From: Octopus vulgaris | Taxonomy: Eukaryota | Assembly: GCA_951406725.2 (NCBI GenBank) | Contig: OX597822.1 | Coordinates: 57,970,001-58,034,000, forward strand | Direction: 5' to 3' | Length of the DNA stretch: 64,000 nt | In this document: one piece after another, positions 1 through 12,460 of the stretch | Layout: each line of letters starts with the position of its first letter | How positions within the stretch are numbered: the stretch's first letter is position 1 | Program-made: the position numbers and the translations under genes | Notes under the pieces: generated by a model | What the model saw: only the letters and a program-made list of their open reading frames with translations | Database searches by the model: none | Told to the model about the DNA's origin: nothing

Positions 1-162
1 AGAAACACGAACCACACACTGTCTAGGGGACGCAACTCCACCTTTTTTAAATCTCAAAAAAAAATTTACCATCATTTTTTCCATTTTTTGGCTATAACTC
101 TCTAAAAATGCTTTATAGTTATTTCCCTTACAAACCTGAGCAACGCCGGCCGATACTGCTAG
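1..162 (+). mobile_element. Non-autonomous Helitron 3' end
   Basis: Subterminal hairpin CCTGAGCAACGCCGG followed by CTAG|T; same terminus as 35708-36026. Confidence 0.7.
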
Positions 163-349
163 TAAGTCATACAGGCAGTGTCACTCATTTTCAATATTCT
201 GTATAAACATGTCTGACTATGGGGAAATATTGCTTTTCTTGGAAACAAGTGAGGGTGAGTGACAGGAAGGTTATCTAGCCTTAGAAAATCTGCCTCAAGA
301 AACTCAATTCAACACATGCAAGCATGGAAAGTAAACATCAAAGTTATAG

Positions 350-680
350 GATGGCCTGTTGTGCTTGAGGAGACCTATTGAGTCAAGTACATCAATATCA
401 AAATAAAAATCAATGGAAATTGTAGCTGTGATACTTGTTCCAGTGGCACGTAAAAAGTACCAACTGATCACGAACGTTGCCAACCTCCTCTGGCCTCTGT
501 GCCAGTGGCACGTAAAAAACACCCATTACACCCATGGAATGGTTGGTGTTAGGAAGGGCATCCAGCTGTAGAAACACTGCCAGATCAGACTGGAGCCTGG
601 TGCAACCTCCTGGCTTCCCAGACTCCGGTCAAACCCTCCAACCCATGCTAACATATAAAACGGACGTTAAATGATGATTA
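350..680 (+). mobile_element. RTE LINE 3' UTR fragment / RTE-tailed SINE
   Basis: GGTTGGTGTTAGGAAGGGCATCCAGCTGTAGAAAC...CCCATGCTA...GGACGTTAAATGATGA, shared with the 3' end of the RTE at 10131-12460. Confidence 0.8.
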
Positions 681-1689
681 TATATATATATAAGGTTTTG
701 AAATGGTTTCTATCAACAACAAAATTAATTCACAAATCTTTGGTCAGCTTGAAGCTACAGTAAAAGACACTTGCCCAAAGTGGCACTGAATTTGAAATCA
801 GTTTCAAAGCAAACTTCTTAACCATACTGCAATGCCTTTGTGAATATTTTAGTACAACAAATATGATTCACCCCACCTCTTCCTAGTGAGCATAATAACT
901 AATCAATTTTAACAGCAGGATTATGGCTCTGTACAAATTACATCCCACAAAACCTCTATCAATTTCATTTGATGTTTTTCCACAAAGCCATCAGTCTGAT
1001 CTGGATTAAGTAAAAAATTAGTTGTTATATAAGCGATTTGGAACATTGTACCACTGTCAGTTATTGATTGTTTATCGTTCCAAAGAAGATTCAAGACTGT
1101 GCACACTTCTTACACTAGAAAACTTTATATAATATTTCCTATAAAACTAGCATTTTATAAAGTTATCAGAACAATTATGAAAATGCTTATACATGGGTTC
1201 ACTGAAGTCTACTGCTAATGACTTGCTTATATTATTTCTATGTAACAATTGCAGGTTGTAATAATAGTCTTATTAATACTTATTGATTAATATTCCTGTT
1301 GATTGTGAATTGTGGAAGCAAAATTTTATATAGAAAGAAATATCTAAGTTAGAGAGATCTCGAAATTTTTAAATGGGTAGTTTTCTTTGAAATATTACTT
1401 ACAAATTTAATATATTCTTATTGAAATATGTTAAGAAATTATAAGATTTGAAAAATGTATAAACTCTATTGATACAAAAGCATAAAAATATAGTTTGAGA
1501 TGAGGAAACTTTTGTTAAAAATTGACTTATTTTTCACTCAAATATACTCAAACCTAATATGAAAACCTGTGACATTAAAAGCAGCTTGTGATTTCCCCCA
1601 CCTTCTCAATTTTTTTTGATTAACAGATTTATATTTATACATTGAATACTATGGGGGTGTCTTTTATAATCCTGATTATTATTGTAACT

Positions 1690-1900
1690 AAGGCAGTGAG
1701 CTATAAGAATCATTAAAGCATTAGAAGAAAAGGAATGCTTTGCAATGTTTGCTTCAGCTCTCCACATGCTGAGTTCAAATCCCATTGAGGTCACCTTTGC
1801 CCTTAGTCTTTTCAGGATCAATGAAATATAGTACCAGTCAAGTACTGAAGTCATTGTAATCAACAACCACCCACCAAAATACTGGCCTTGTGCCAAAATT
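1690..1900 (+). mobile_element. tRNA-headed Meta-type SINE (CpG-decayed)
   Basis: GGCAGTGAGCT head, GAGTTCAAATCC B box, decayed CTTTGCC..TTTCAGGATCAATGAAAT..GTACCAG central domain. Confidence 0.6.
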
Positions 1901-1984
1901 TGAAATAATTGTAATTATTATTTAGCAAATAGTTTAAAATTGATTGTCTTTCCTACCATATAAAAATGTAACCAAAATCATAGG

Positions 1985-2322
1985 CACAGGCATGGCTATG
2001 CAGTAAGAAGCTTGCTTCCTATCTACATGGTTCCAGGTTCAATCCCACTGCATGGCACCTTGGGCAAGTGTCTTCTGCCATAGTCTTGTGAGTAGGCAAA
2101 CTGAAAGAAGCCTATTATATATATATATGTGTGTATGTAACTTTGTGTCTGTGTTTGTCCCCACAACCACTTGACAACCAGCATTTGGTGTTCACATCCT
2201 TGTAACATAGTTTAGCAAAAAAGGCCAATAGAATAACTACAAGGCTTAAGAGTTAATTTGTTCAACTCTTCAAGGTTGCACCCCAGCATGACTGCAGTCA
2301 AATGACACAAGAGTAAAAGATA
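1985..2322 (+). mobile_element. tRNA-headed CORE-type SINE (octopus OR2-like)
   Basis: A box-like TGGCTATGCAG, B box GGTTCAATCC, GGCACCTTGGGCAAGTGTCTTCT core, CCAGCATGACTGCAGTCAAATGAC tail. Confidence 0.75.
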
Positions 2323-3234
2323 ACATCACTGGCTACTATCTTCTTGTGTCATTAAATTACAACAATCATGTATTCCTTCCTGCTCAACTCTTTTAATTGT
2401 GTTAATAATGTTGTTTCAAATAGCAAAATTTTAAAATCATTATTTTAAAAATAAATTCAGCTAAGGGAAATAACTCAAGTAAGCCAATGGCATGAAATTT
2501 GGTAATTAATTTAAAATGTAAATGTACTAAATAGAATACTCAAAAAAAATTTCTCATTGATTGAAATTTTTAGACAACAGAATAAAATATAATCTAATGG
2601 TATTTGTTAGCAACTCTCAAATAAAAGGGGTGATAATTTCATGAAATTAGGGATTAATCTCACAAAATTTACATGTTTAGAAAAAAGAGTTTCATATTTG
2701 TTTGCAGGCAAGAGACAATTATGGACATGTTCCAGTCCATTAAATCTCATCAGTATTATAGTTTAACAAAGTCTTCATATCATTTGATAGATTTTTTACA
2801 TATAGGTTAACAATTTGGGGTCAATGACATGTTCTTTTGGTACCAACCTGCCCAAGACCACCCCAGGTTCCATGATACAAACCCTGTTTCAAAATTATCT
2901 AAATAACTTCAATCAAAATTTCATTTTAATATGTTCCAAACACCAGCTTAAATTCAAAATTAATTGAAATGAAGACATAACAAAATAGTTAAGTTAATTA
3001 TCTAGATTCATTGACTTGTGTTATTTCCTTTAACTTCTGTAATATTTTCTATGTGTAATAATTCATGTTGGTTTGCAGGTTTGGTTAAACTTCATAATTA
3101 ATGGCTATCCTATGTTTCAGCCAGAACATCGTGTTCTGCAGCACACTAAATTCAGTCTCATACTATAAATTGCTGGTAGAAAAAAAAAATTCAAGGAAAC
3201 AGAGTGGTGATCAAAAACTTTTGATAAGGATGCT

Positions 3235-3380
3235 AAAGACTGATATTTCTTGTAACTCCGCATTAGATTAAGTGGTTGATAATATCTACATGCGAAAAGG
3301 ATGGGTAACTACAATGTTTACAGTGAAACCTGTGACTGATATATATGTTGAGAAAGTACATTTTTGTCATCAGTTTTGAA
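3235..3380 (-). pseudogene. Decayed duplicate of part of the zinc-finger exon (8941-9089)
   Basis: GGTAACTACAATGTTTACAGTGAAACCTGTGACTGATA is identical in both places, and the flanks align with substitutions and indels. Confidence 0.88.
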
Positions 3381-3639
3381 ATTATGGTAAATTTGCTTGT
3401 TATTGGAAGAGGAAAGTACTGATGTTTCAGACCAAATCTTTATCAGAGAAAAATGGCCTTCAGCTCTCAAAATCTGGAAGTAAGACAACCTTTATTTGTC
3501 CACAGCAAACCTACTCCTACCAGTTATTCCAACAAAAGCACCACCACTAACAGCTTCATAACAAAAGGCCACTAGTCCTGAAGATGCACCTTTCGACCAA
3601 CCCCTACCCACCACACTTTTTCCTTTTTTATATATAGAT

Positions 3640-4230
3640 ATATTCTGATCCTTTCAAATATGCTAGTATGTTCATTTCCAAGAAGGGTAATCGTACTGAC
3701 CCTGCCAACTATTGTTCTCTCACACATAGGTAATATCAATAGCCATTAAAAACCCTATCCAGTAGCTTGAATCTTTATCTCTCTAAAATGACAACCAATG
3801 TGGCTTTCATAAGCTGTATCTATGAGAGCCCTAGTATCCTATGTCACTCAGTATTTGGTATAAGTTTTTGTCCTTCATATCAGCAAAACTTTTGACCATA
3901 TGTAACATACAAATCTACTGGCAAAACTGACCCCTAATGGGCTCCATATATCTCTCTTGGATCAGTGACTTCCAATCTGACGACAGAGGTGTGATTTGAC
4001 AGGAAGTACTAACAGAGTACTGTATGATCCACACTAACTTTGGTATGCCCAGGATCAGTTTTGTTCCTCTGCTATATATTAAATTACATAACTTCACTCC
4101 TAGCAATGACCAGTACTACACAGATACCACTTGTCATTCCTTCCATAATCTTCTGCACCAAACGTCAGCAGCAATGAAACCTAACCATCTCATAACAAAC
4201 TCCATGAGCAAAGATCTACCAGTCATGTTC
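3640..4230 (+). mobile_element. Highly degraded CR1/Jockey-type LINE reverse transcriptase fragment
   Basis: Translates to KKGNRTDPANY, followed by QCGFH-like, ISKTFD and frameshifted G.P.GS.L.P-like remnants. Confidence 0.6.
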
Positions 4231-4759
4231 TGAATATGGCAGTTCACCTGACTGGGGAAAAAATAGGTAACAGTTAGTTCTAAAAATCTATATTATATAA
4301 ATAAATAGGGCATATTTGCCACAAATAATCTGTGCATTACTGTTCTACTGAACTCGTGTTTCATAATACCATTACCACTTCTAGTTTCCTATTACATTAA
4401 TCTACACTTGTTGCAAATCAAGGAGTATGTTGTGCCCTTAGATTTTAATGGCTCTAGATAAACTGGTAGTACAATTACAAAGGCTAAAATTAACTAGTCT
4501 TGTTAAAGTCATCTTTTCATGACCATAACACAGTAGGACACAATACTGACTTATAAAATTGTTTAATATACTTTGTAGTATATTATGGTTGCATAATAAA
4601 ATGCTGTGTCCCTACAAGTCGATCCTTATTGTAGGTTGCCTATGAACTAGGCAACCAGCTTCATCTTTACCGTTTGTTGAAATATAAGAGCCTCAAGCAT
4701 AAGACCTCGTTCTCATAATTATTAAATGCTGAATCAACATCTGCAATAACACACTTTAA

Positions 4760-4962
4760 CCCTTTAGCATTTAAACCGTCCATATCAAACCCAAATATTC
4801 TACTGGATTTATGTTCATACTGGCCAGATCCAGCCTCTCACACACACCTAACAATGTCATCTAAAAAATTAACATCTTCAAAATCTCAAAGGTAAAGAAT
4901 AATTCAAAACAATGTGAACAAATAAGCATTACATTTAACAGAGTAATCTGAATGCTAAAGAG
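4760..4962. mobile_element. piggyBac-like MITE
   Basis: TTAA|CCCTTTAGCATT ... AATGCTAAAGAG|TTAA: terminal inverted repeats with a TTAA target duplication. Related copies near 13945, 19716 and 38841. Confidence 0.8.
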
Positions 4963-6029
4963 TTAATGTTTCATTTTCCCATGCCAGTATGGTTTGGACT
5001 GCAATACATCAGCTCATCACTAAAACAAATATTCCATTGAATTTAATAATTTGTGTTTAATATTTCCTTTCCATTGCTTTTGTAAGAGTATTTATTAGTT
5101 GAATGAAATTCTGACTCAGTTTCCATCATAGCAAGCATTTAGAGGCAGCTGACATTTAGGATGGATTTATTGCACAAAGGGTATTTAATTCTAGCCTCTG
5201 GAATTGTACTGCCAGTTTATCCACAACCATTAAAATTGAACAGCATAATACCAAACTCCTTTGGCCTGCAACAAGTGCAAGGACCAAAGTGACAAGCAGT
5301 GACAGACAAAATGTGTCCAACTTGTATTACTGTTGTAACCACCACAAAGAGCTATCATCATGACCGGTACATGGTAGAATGAAACAATGATTTTTTGTAA
5401 CTGAGCAGAGATTGTAGTGGCTAATAATGAAACACTGACTCTCGAATATGACCAATAATCCTAGCTTCAGTTGAATGTATTACCTCTATCCATTCTTGTA
5501 GCTGTGATGATTACAGTCTTGTTTTTGAATTTACAAATTTACCATTGATTTACAACATTAGCTTCCTTTTGCTAATAATTCTTGACAATTCAAATAATTA
5601 AGCTCTTAAAGGAAAATAAATCTAAAGCTTGAACAAGACCATAAAAGCAGAAAACGACAAAGTTTCTTTCTTTTTGAACTACATCATCAACATCCATTGT
5701 ACATTCACTTACCATGCTGGGTCTTGATTTAAGTTATAAGGTTAAGCTTCAAGACATGCATAAATATGGTTGGATCAACTAGCTATCATCAAATCTGGCA
5801 CTGGCAAACTTGATGGTATGTAGAGACACACCAACTTTCAGGGTGGGATGTGGTGACCTGGTAGCATTAGCAGCAGCAACAGTGGCAGTGGTTGGTGCTT
5901 CATGCTGCTGCTGTGCACAGATAGCAACAATACAAAGAGAGAGCTCACAAAATAGATTTTAGTCTGATTGTACACACAGGTTGCTGATGGAAATTGAACA
6001 TCACTGTATAACTCAGTGAAGTGATGCTG

Positions 6030-7028
6030 AGTTTATTTTAATATAATAAACTATGACCGAAACATTCATTATAACAGGAAAAACATAAGCAAAATCCAAT
6101 ATGAAGTAAAAGAAAACAAAACTACCTCTAACATTTAATGTTTTATTTCAAAACTCACCATGGATGGGTTGAGAAATAAAGTTATAATGGTTACATATTT
6201 ACATTATGTTCCTATATTTTGTTTATTAAAAATTATAGATTTGAATGGCTAAAGAAATAGAAATATCTTAAAGCAGAAATTTGAGTTCAGTAAAATATCA
6301 TATCATGAAGTAATATCTTCATGATGTGAAACTTAGAAAACACCTAGAAAATATTAATCCATTAATATTATTGTCTCGATTCATTATTACAACCAATGTT
6401 TAAGACAATATCAAGGATTGGCTGAGGTTTCATCACAGGTGATTTCAAGAGATAGCAGGAAAGAACTTTACTTTCAAAGCAATAGAAGTGACAAGTCAAG
6501 TTGAATATTATCTAATATACGTAACATTTCCCACCAAAATGGCAGGATTTAAAACTGATAAACTAAACTAAAAAGAATGAGTAAGACATGAAATGAAAAG
6601 AGAATGTAACATACAGGTTGAGTTATGCATGTGTATGTGTTGTATGGTTGTGAGTTCTTAGTTATATCATACCGGAATGTCTTTGTGACTTACATTTTAT
6701 ACCAAAATGAAGAGGGAAAAAAAAAAAACTAAATATATACAGCAGTTCATAAACAAAATATATTGTCATGTTTTGAAGTATATATACTGCAAAGGACAAA
6801 ATAATTTGTAGAAATGTTTTGAATAAATCTGTCGGAATTATAAAAGACTAGTAACAGTAAAATGTGGTTTCTTATGAAGTATGTATAATAAATTCAGAAT
6901 AATGATATGTTCATTACCAATAAATTTATGATGCTATCTATGTAATAGTTTATCCTCATAACCAAATATTGGTGTTATACAATAAACCACTTCAAAGAAA
7001 ACATGATGATCATAAGTAGTAATGTCTA
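6030..7028 (-). other. Probable 3' UTR of the zinc-finger gene with candidate poly(A) signals
   Basis: Repeat-free AT-rich sequence after the stop codon. Minus-strand AATAAA (plus-strand TTTATT) near 6222, 6142 and 6032. Confidence 0.5.
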
Positions 7029-9820
7029 TTATGGTTCTTCAAATTTTACCACAACATCACCTAGTCTTCGAGTTATGCTTCCAGAGCGATCCATTTCAAC
7101 TGTCGATTCCATTAAATTATGTTCCAGGTCACCTAGAGCAGCAACATGAATATCATAATCTTCTTTGTTTTTGCTAACCCAATCATTGCAATGAACACAT
7201 TCATAAACTATTCCTCCCTCATGAGCGACATTATGGAAAAGGAACTTCTTATAGTCTAAGTCATTGAAAAGGCAATCTCCATAATCACAGAGATATAATT
7301 GGGAAGGTTTCTGCAAATCAAACGCCACACAATCTCGTACCATCATGCACACATTGGGATGTTGTTCAAAATAATGTAGTTTCATATCTTCAAGTGAAGT
7401 TGCTATGGTATTATTGCATGAGAGACATTTGTAGGCCTGTACATAGCACACTTTCTTGCTACCAGAGACATTCATGTCAGGAATGTTATGATTAAGAATT
7501 TTATGTCTCTCCATTTCACTACTAAATGTACTCATGAAGTAACAGTCAGCCTGTGGACAAAACTGAATAGTACGTAAGCTGCCACCTTTGCAGGTAAATG
7601 CTGTTAAATTGCACTTGGGATGAGCTGTAGTCAAGTGAATCTTAATTGTTTCAACAGAAGCTGTATAGAAATCACATCGGTAGCACCGATAACTGATATC
7701 ATCAGCATTAACAGGAGCCACAGATTCTTCTACGACTGAATCAGCCATATTTGATTCGTGATGACTCAATTCAAGAGCTTTATTTTTCTTTTCTTCAGCC
7801 ATCTTTTTGGCTTCGGCACTATTTGTAGCAACCATCAGCTTCTTCTCTGGAATGCGATGTTCTCGGTCCATATGATTCTTCAGTTTGCTGTAGTCTCTGC
7901 TATACCAAGCACAATATTTACACAAGTAAAGGAACGACATAAGACTGTCAACAGCCTTCAAATCTCGTACAACAAAGCTGTTCTTGGCGTGAGACATATT
8001 CAAATGGTTCTTAACAGAAATTAAAGAATCAGTTTCAAACTTGCAGTAATGACATCCATAATCTTCTTCAACTTTGGACTTTTTACCAGATTTCTTACCA
8101 TCAGATTTATTGGTTTTTTTCAGACACTTTTTAGCAAATTGTACAGTCATCTGTAACCCTGTTGGTTTGCTGGTTTTGGTTAGATTAGGTGCAATCACAG
8201 GTAGTGGTGTGCAACGATCAACATGCTGTGTATATGTAATAGGATCTGTTGACTGGAAAGGACATTTATTTTTGCAGCAAAAAAATATATAGCGCTTAGC
8301 TTTGTTCTTTCGTATTCTTTTATCAATGCAATAGAATTTACCTCCAGGATGAATTCTGAACATATGTTCTCGAACTTTTTGCATTTCTTTGGATTTAAAT
8401 TCACAAGAATTGCATTCATAAATCTCCATCAAATTCTTTGGTGCTTCCTCATCTGAATCAGAACTTGAAGAATCCGAACTGGATGTAGATTTCGATTGTT
8501 TCTTATCAGATTTTTCATTTTTGCGCAGCGATCGTCTAGAGGAAAGACTGACATTATCGTCATCATCGTCATCATTGTCATCATCACTTGAATCAACACT
8601 ATTTCTCTTCTTCCTCTTTCTCTGACTTCTTGAATGTTTAGAATTGTCACTGTCTATGGACTTCTTTTTAGAAGTAGAAGGCTCATCCATGAGCAATGAC
8701 CTTTTGGGACTAGAAGCTGGATGAACAATCAGAGTTTGTCCATTTTCTATCTTATCTCCTGTATTCCTAAGTTTTCTAGTTTTGTTTTTCTCATCATCAT
8801 ATGAAAGAAGATAGCTATCATAATCATTACGAGATTTTTTCATCTGACTTCCTTTCATTGAATGTCTATCCACTGATGAATCATCTGACTGAAAAAGGCA
8901 AACTTGAAGGTAATCAGGCAATAAAGCATAATATTTCAAAGAGACTGATGTTTCTTGGAACTCCACATGGACATTAGATGAGTGGTTGATAACATCTGCC
9001 CGTGAAAAAGACTGGTAACTACAATGTTTACAGTGAAACCTGTGACTGATAATATGTTGGGAAAGTTCATTTTTGTCATCAGTCTTGAACGGACAGAAAT
9101 TACACCAGTAGTAAGTCAAATCAATATTTGATACAAACATTCCACTATGTGAACGAAACAAAACAGGTGCGCCTAGAGCACAGATCACTTCATGTTTCTG
9201 CACCCTTAATACTTTAGTAGCAGCATCCTCTTTTACATCCATTTGCATTAGAGCACTAGGAAAGTGAGTTTTATCTTTTTCTGGAATTGAACAGTTTCGC
9301 GTAGGTGACTTCGGTCTCAGAATTGTACCAGCAATATTGTGGCCTTTGTATTTCAGTTGAGCAATGCTCTTCTTTGTTGCTTTGGTTACCTGAGCAGTAG
9401 CCTCTGAATTAACAGGAAAAGAAACACTGTCCTCAGTCGGAGGGAATGTATTCGCATCTTGGCTATCAGAAGAGGATTTTTTTGATGGTGTTGACTGTTG
9501 TGTAACAGAAGTGGTTTCAGTGGTGTTTACAACATCAGATGTAGCTTTTGAAGCTTCAGTTTTTGCAATCAACTGCTCTAATAATCCTTTCATTTTCTTA
9601 ATTTCCAACAAAGGATCTTGATTTTCGCCAGAATCAACTGCATCTGACTGATTCTCCACAACTGAATCCACCAACTGAGAAGAATTTGACACTTTAGGAG
9701 AGAGATTCTGTTTATCATTTGAAAGACTATCAAAACCAGATTGCGAATCAGATTGATGTGACTGCTGATCACTTGGGGCCAATGATTCAAGATTTGTGAT
9801 GAGTAGATTATCGTTATCAC
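7029..9820 (-). CDS. Terminal coding exon of a multi-C2H2 zinc-finger protein (about 11 spaced, degenerate fingers; ZNF462/ZNF518-like architecture)
   Basis: The 944-aa ORF contains repeated CxxC-x12-H-x3-4-H motifs (YWCNFC..HIISH, FHCKHC..HSSNVH, YECNSC..HMFRIH, YGCHYC..HLNMSH, YLCKYC..HMDREH, YRCYRC..HLTTAH), plus basic NLS-like and acidic/Ser tracts. A poly-T tract and AG acceptor at 9822-9821 (minus strand) indicate that the first 14 ORF residues are intronic. Stop TAA at 7029-7031. Confidence 0.93.
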
Positions 9821-10130
9821 CTAAAACAAAAAAAAAAGATAACATATCAATTATATAATTCATAATTAAGTATTTTCTAATTGCTTACTATCTGATATGA
9901 TCCTGTAAACAGTTTATGCTAACTTGAAAATGCTTTGAAATAACTACTTAGCCAGGTTTCAGATATTAGACCTAGCCACAGTCTTTCCAAGGAAAAGAAC
10001 CCATTAGATTATTATTTTAAACTTTTCCCTTTGAAGTGACTTGAAACAACTCATTACTCAGAATATAAACAGAGGAGAAAAAAAGTTTTCCCACATGATA
10101 GTGAGAGAGAGTGAGTGAGTGTATATGCAC

Positions 10131-12460
10131 ATCATCATCATCATCATTTAGCGTCCGCTTTCCATGCTAGCATGGGTTAGACCGTTCAACTGGGGTCTGT
10201 GAAGCCAGAAGGCTGCATCAGGCCCAGTCTTATCTGGCAGTGTTTCTATGGCTGGATGCCCTTCCTAACGCCAACCACTCCGTGAGTGTAGTGGGTGCTT
10301 TTTATGTGCCACCTGCACAGGTGCCAGACAGAGCTGGCAAACGGCCACGGACGGATGGTGCTTTTTACGTGCCACCGGCTCGGGGGCCAGGCAAGGCTGG
10401 CAACGGCCACGATCGGATGGTGCTTTTTATGTGCCACCGGCACGGGAGCCAGGCGAGGCTGGCAACGGCCACGAACGGATGGTGTTATATGCCACCTGCA
10501 CGGGGGCAGGCGAGGCTGGCAATGGCCACGAACGGATGGTGCTACATGCCACCAGCACGGGGGCCAGGCGAGGCTGGCAACGGCCACAAACGGATGGTGC
10601 TTTTTCCGTGCCACCGACACGGAAAAAGCACGGGGCGGCACTGGCAACGGCCACGATCAGATGGTTCGCTTACTTGTCACCGGCACTGGTATCACAGCTG
10701 TAATTTCCATTGATGTTGATCGACTACGATTTTGGTTCTGCTTTCTGATATCTGATTTGATTTGGTTTGATTTTGATTTTCACTTGCCTCAATGGGTCTT
10801 CACAAGTGGAGTTTTGTGTTCCAAGAAGGAAAGGTATGTATAAGTCGACTGGCTACATACCAGGTAGAGGCCACGGGTTATGGTCTCACTAGTCTTGCCG
10901 GGTCTTCTCACGCACAGCATACTTCCATAGGTCTCGGTCTCTAGTCATTTCCTTGGTGAGACCTAAAGTTCGAAGGTCGTGCTTCACCACCTCGTCCCAG
11001 GTTTTCCTGGGTCTACCTCTTCAACAGGTTCCCTCAACTGCTAGGGTGTGGCACTTTTGCACACAACTATCTTCAGCCATTCTCATCACAAACGTCTCTC
11101 TTGCACACCACAACTGATGCTTCTTAGGTCCAACTTTTCTCTCAAGGTACTTACACTCTGGCGATTATGAACACTGACATTACACATCCATCGGAGCATA
11201 CTGGCTTCATTTTTTGCGAGCTTACGCATATCCTCAGCAGTCACAGCCCATGTTTCACTACCATGTAGCATGGCTGTACGTACACATGCATCATACAGTC
11301 TGCCTTTTACTCTGAGCGAGAGGCCTTTTGTCACCAGCAGGGGTAAGAGCTCTCTAAACTTTGCCCAGGCTATTCTTACTCTAGCAGTTACACTTTCAGC
11401 ACACCCACCCCCGCTACTGACTTGGTCACCTAGGTAACGGAAACTATCAACTATTTCTAGTTTTTCTCCCTGGAACATGGTAGAAGTTGGTCTCTGCACA
11501 TTTTCAGTGTTTATTGCTCCTGAGCATCTGCCACAGACAAAAACTATTTTCCTAGTTAGCCTTCCTTTTACATTGCTGCACCTCTTATGTGTCCATAGCT
11601 TACACTTGGTGCACCTTATAGAGTTTCTACCTACGCCTTTTTTATAGATCGAGCAGGGCCATCTACCTTCCTACTTATTAGGACTTTGGTTTTGGCTAGG
11701 TTGATTCTAAGGCTCTTCGATTCTAATCCTTGCTTCCACACCTGAAACTTCTCCTCCAGTTCTGATAGTGACTCAGCAATTAGAGGAAGGTCATCAGCAT
11801 AGAGGAGCTCCCAGGGGCATCCTGTCTTGAATTCCTCCGTTATTGCCTGGAGGACTATGATAAATAGGAGGGGACTGAGGACTGAACCTTGGTGGACCCC
11901 AACCTCTACCCAGAATTCTTCACTGTACTCGTTGCCAACCCTCACCTTACTAGCAGCGTCCCTGTACATGGCTCGCACAGCTCTCACTAACCATTCATCT
12001 ATCCCTAGTTTCCTCATTGACCACCAGATAAGGGATCGGGGGGACCCTGTCGAAGGCTTTCTCCATGTCAACAAAAGCCAGGTACAGGGGCTTATCTTTG
12101 ACTAGGTATTTCTCCTGCAGCTGTCTTACCTGGAATATAGCATCAGTAGTACTTTTCCCTGGCACGAACCCAAACTGCATCTCATGTAAGCTAACTCTCT
12201 CTCTAATTAGTTGGGCTATAACCCTCTCCATAACCTTCATTACCTGATCCAGCAGCTTGATACCCCTGTAGTTATTTGTATCTAGGGCGTCACCTTTACC
12301 TTTGTAGCAGTTGACTATTATGCTGCTACACCAGTCATTGGGTATGACTCCTTCGTGTATCACCTGATTATCTATACGGGTGACTAGGCTATAGCCGACA
12401 CTACCAGATATTTTGAGCATCTCTGCAGTGATTCCTGATGGGCCTGGGGCTTTCCCTGTT
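10131..12460 (-). mobile_element. 5'-truncated RTE-clade LINE (frameshifted RT ORF, 3' UTR, (TGA)n tail)
   Basis: ORFs 11995-12561, 11631-12074 and 11086-11499 encode RT motifs (GKAPGPSGI, QFGFVPGKSTTDAI, FVDMEKAFDRV, GVHQGSVLSP, LLYADD, FRYLG, HGSETW). (CAT)n tail at 10131-10146. Confidence 0.95.
10285..10690. repeat. GC-rich minisatellite of about 58-60 bp in the RTE 3' UTR (6-7 units)
   Basis: Repeating GGCTGGCAACGGCCACGAACGGATGGTGCTTTTTAYGTGCCACC units. Confidence 0.85.

Noticed and set aside
3419-3448. Minimal hammerhead-like CTGATAA AGA..TCT GAAAC ATC on the minus strand (similar case near 42130-42165)
   Set aside because: At least two core substitutions are needed and the stems are too short to distinguish from chance.
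9821-9863. N-terminus MNYIIDMLSFFFVL of the 944-aa ORF
   Set aside because: It is the intron polypyrimidine tract and AG acceptor.
10240-10843. Five overlapping ORFs of 75-182 aa
   Set aside because: They are by-products of the GC-rich minisatellite in the RTE 3' UTR.
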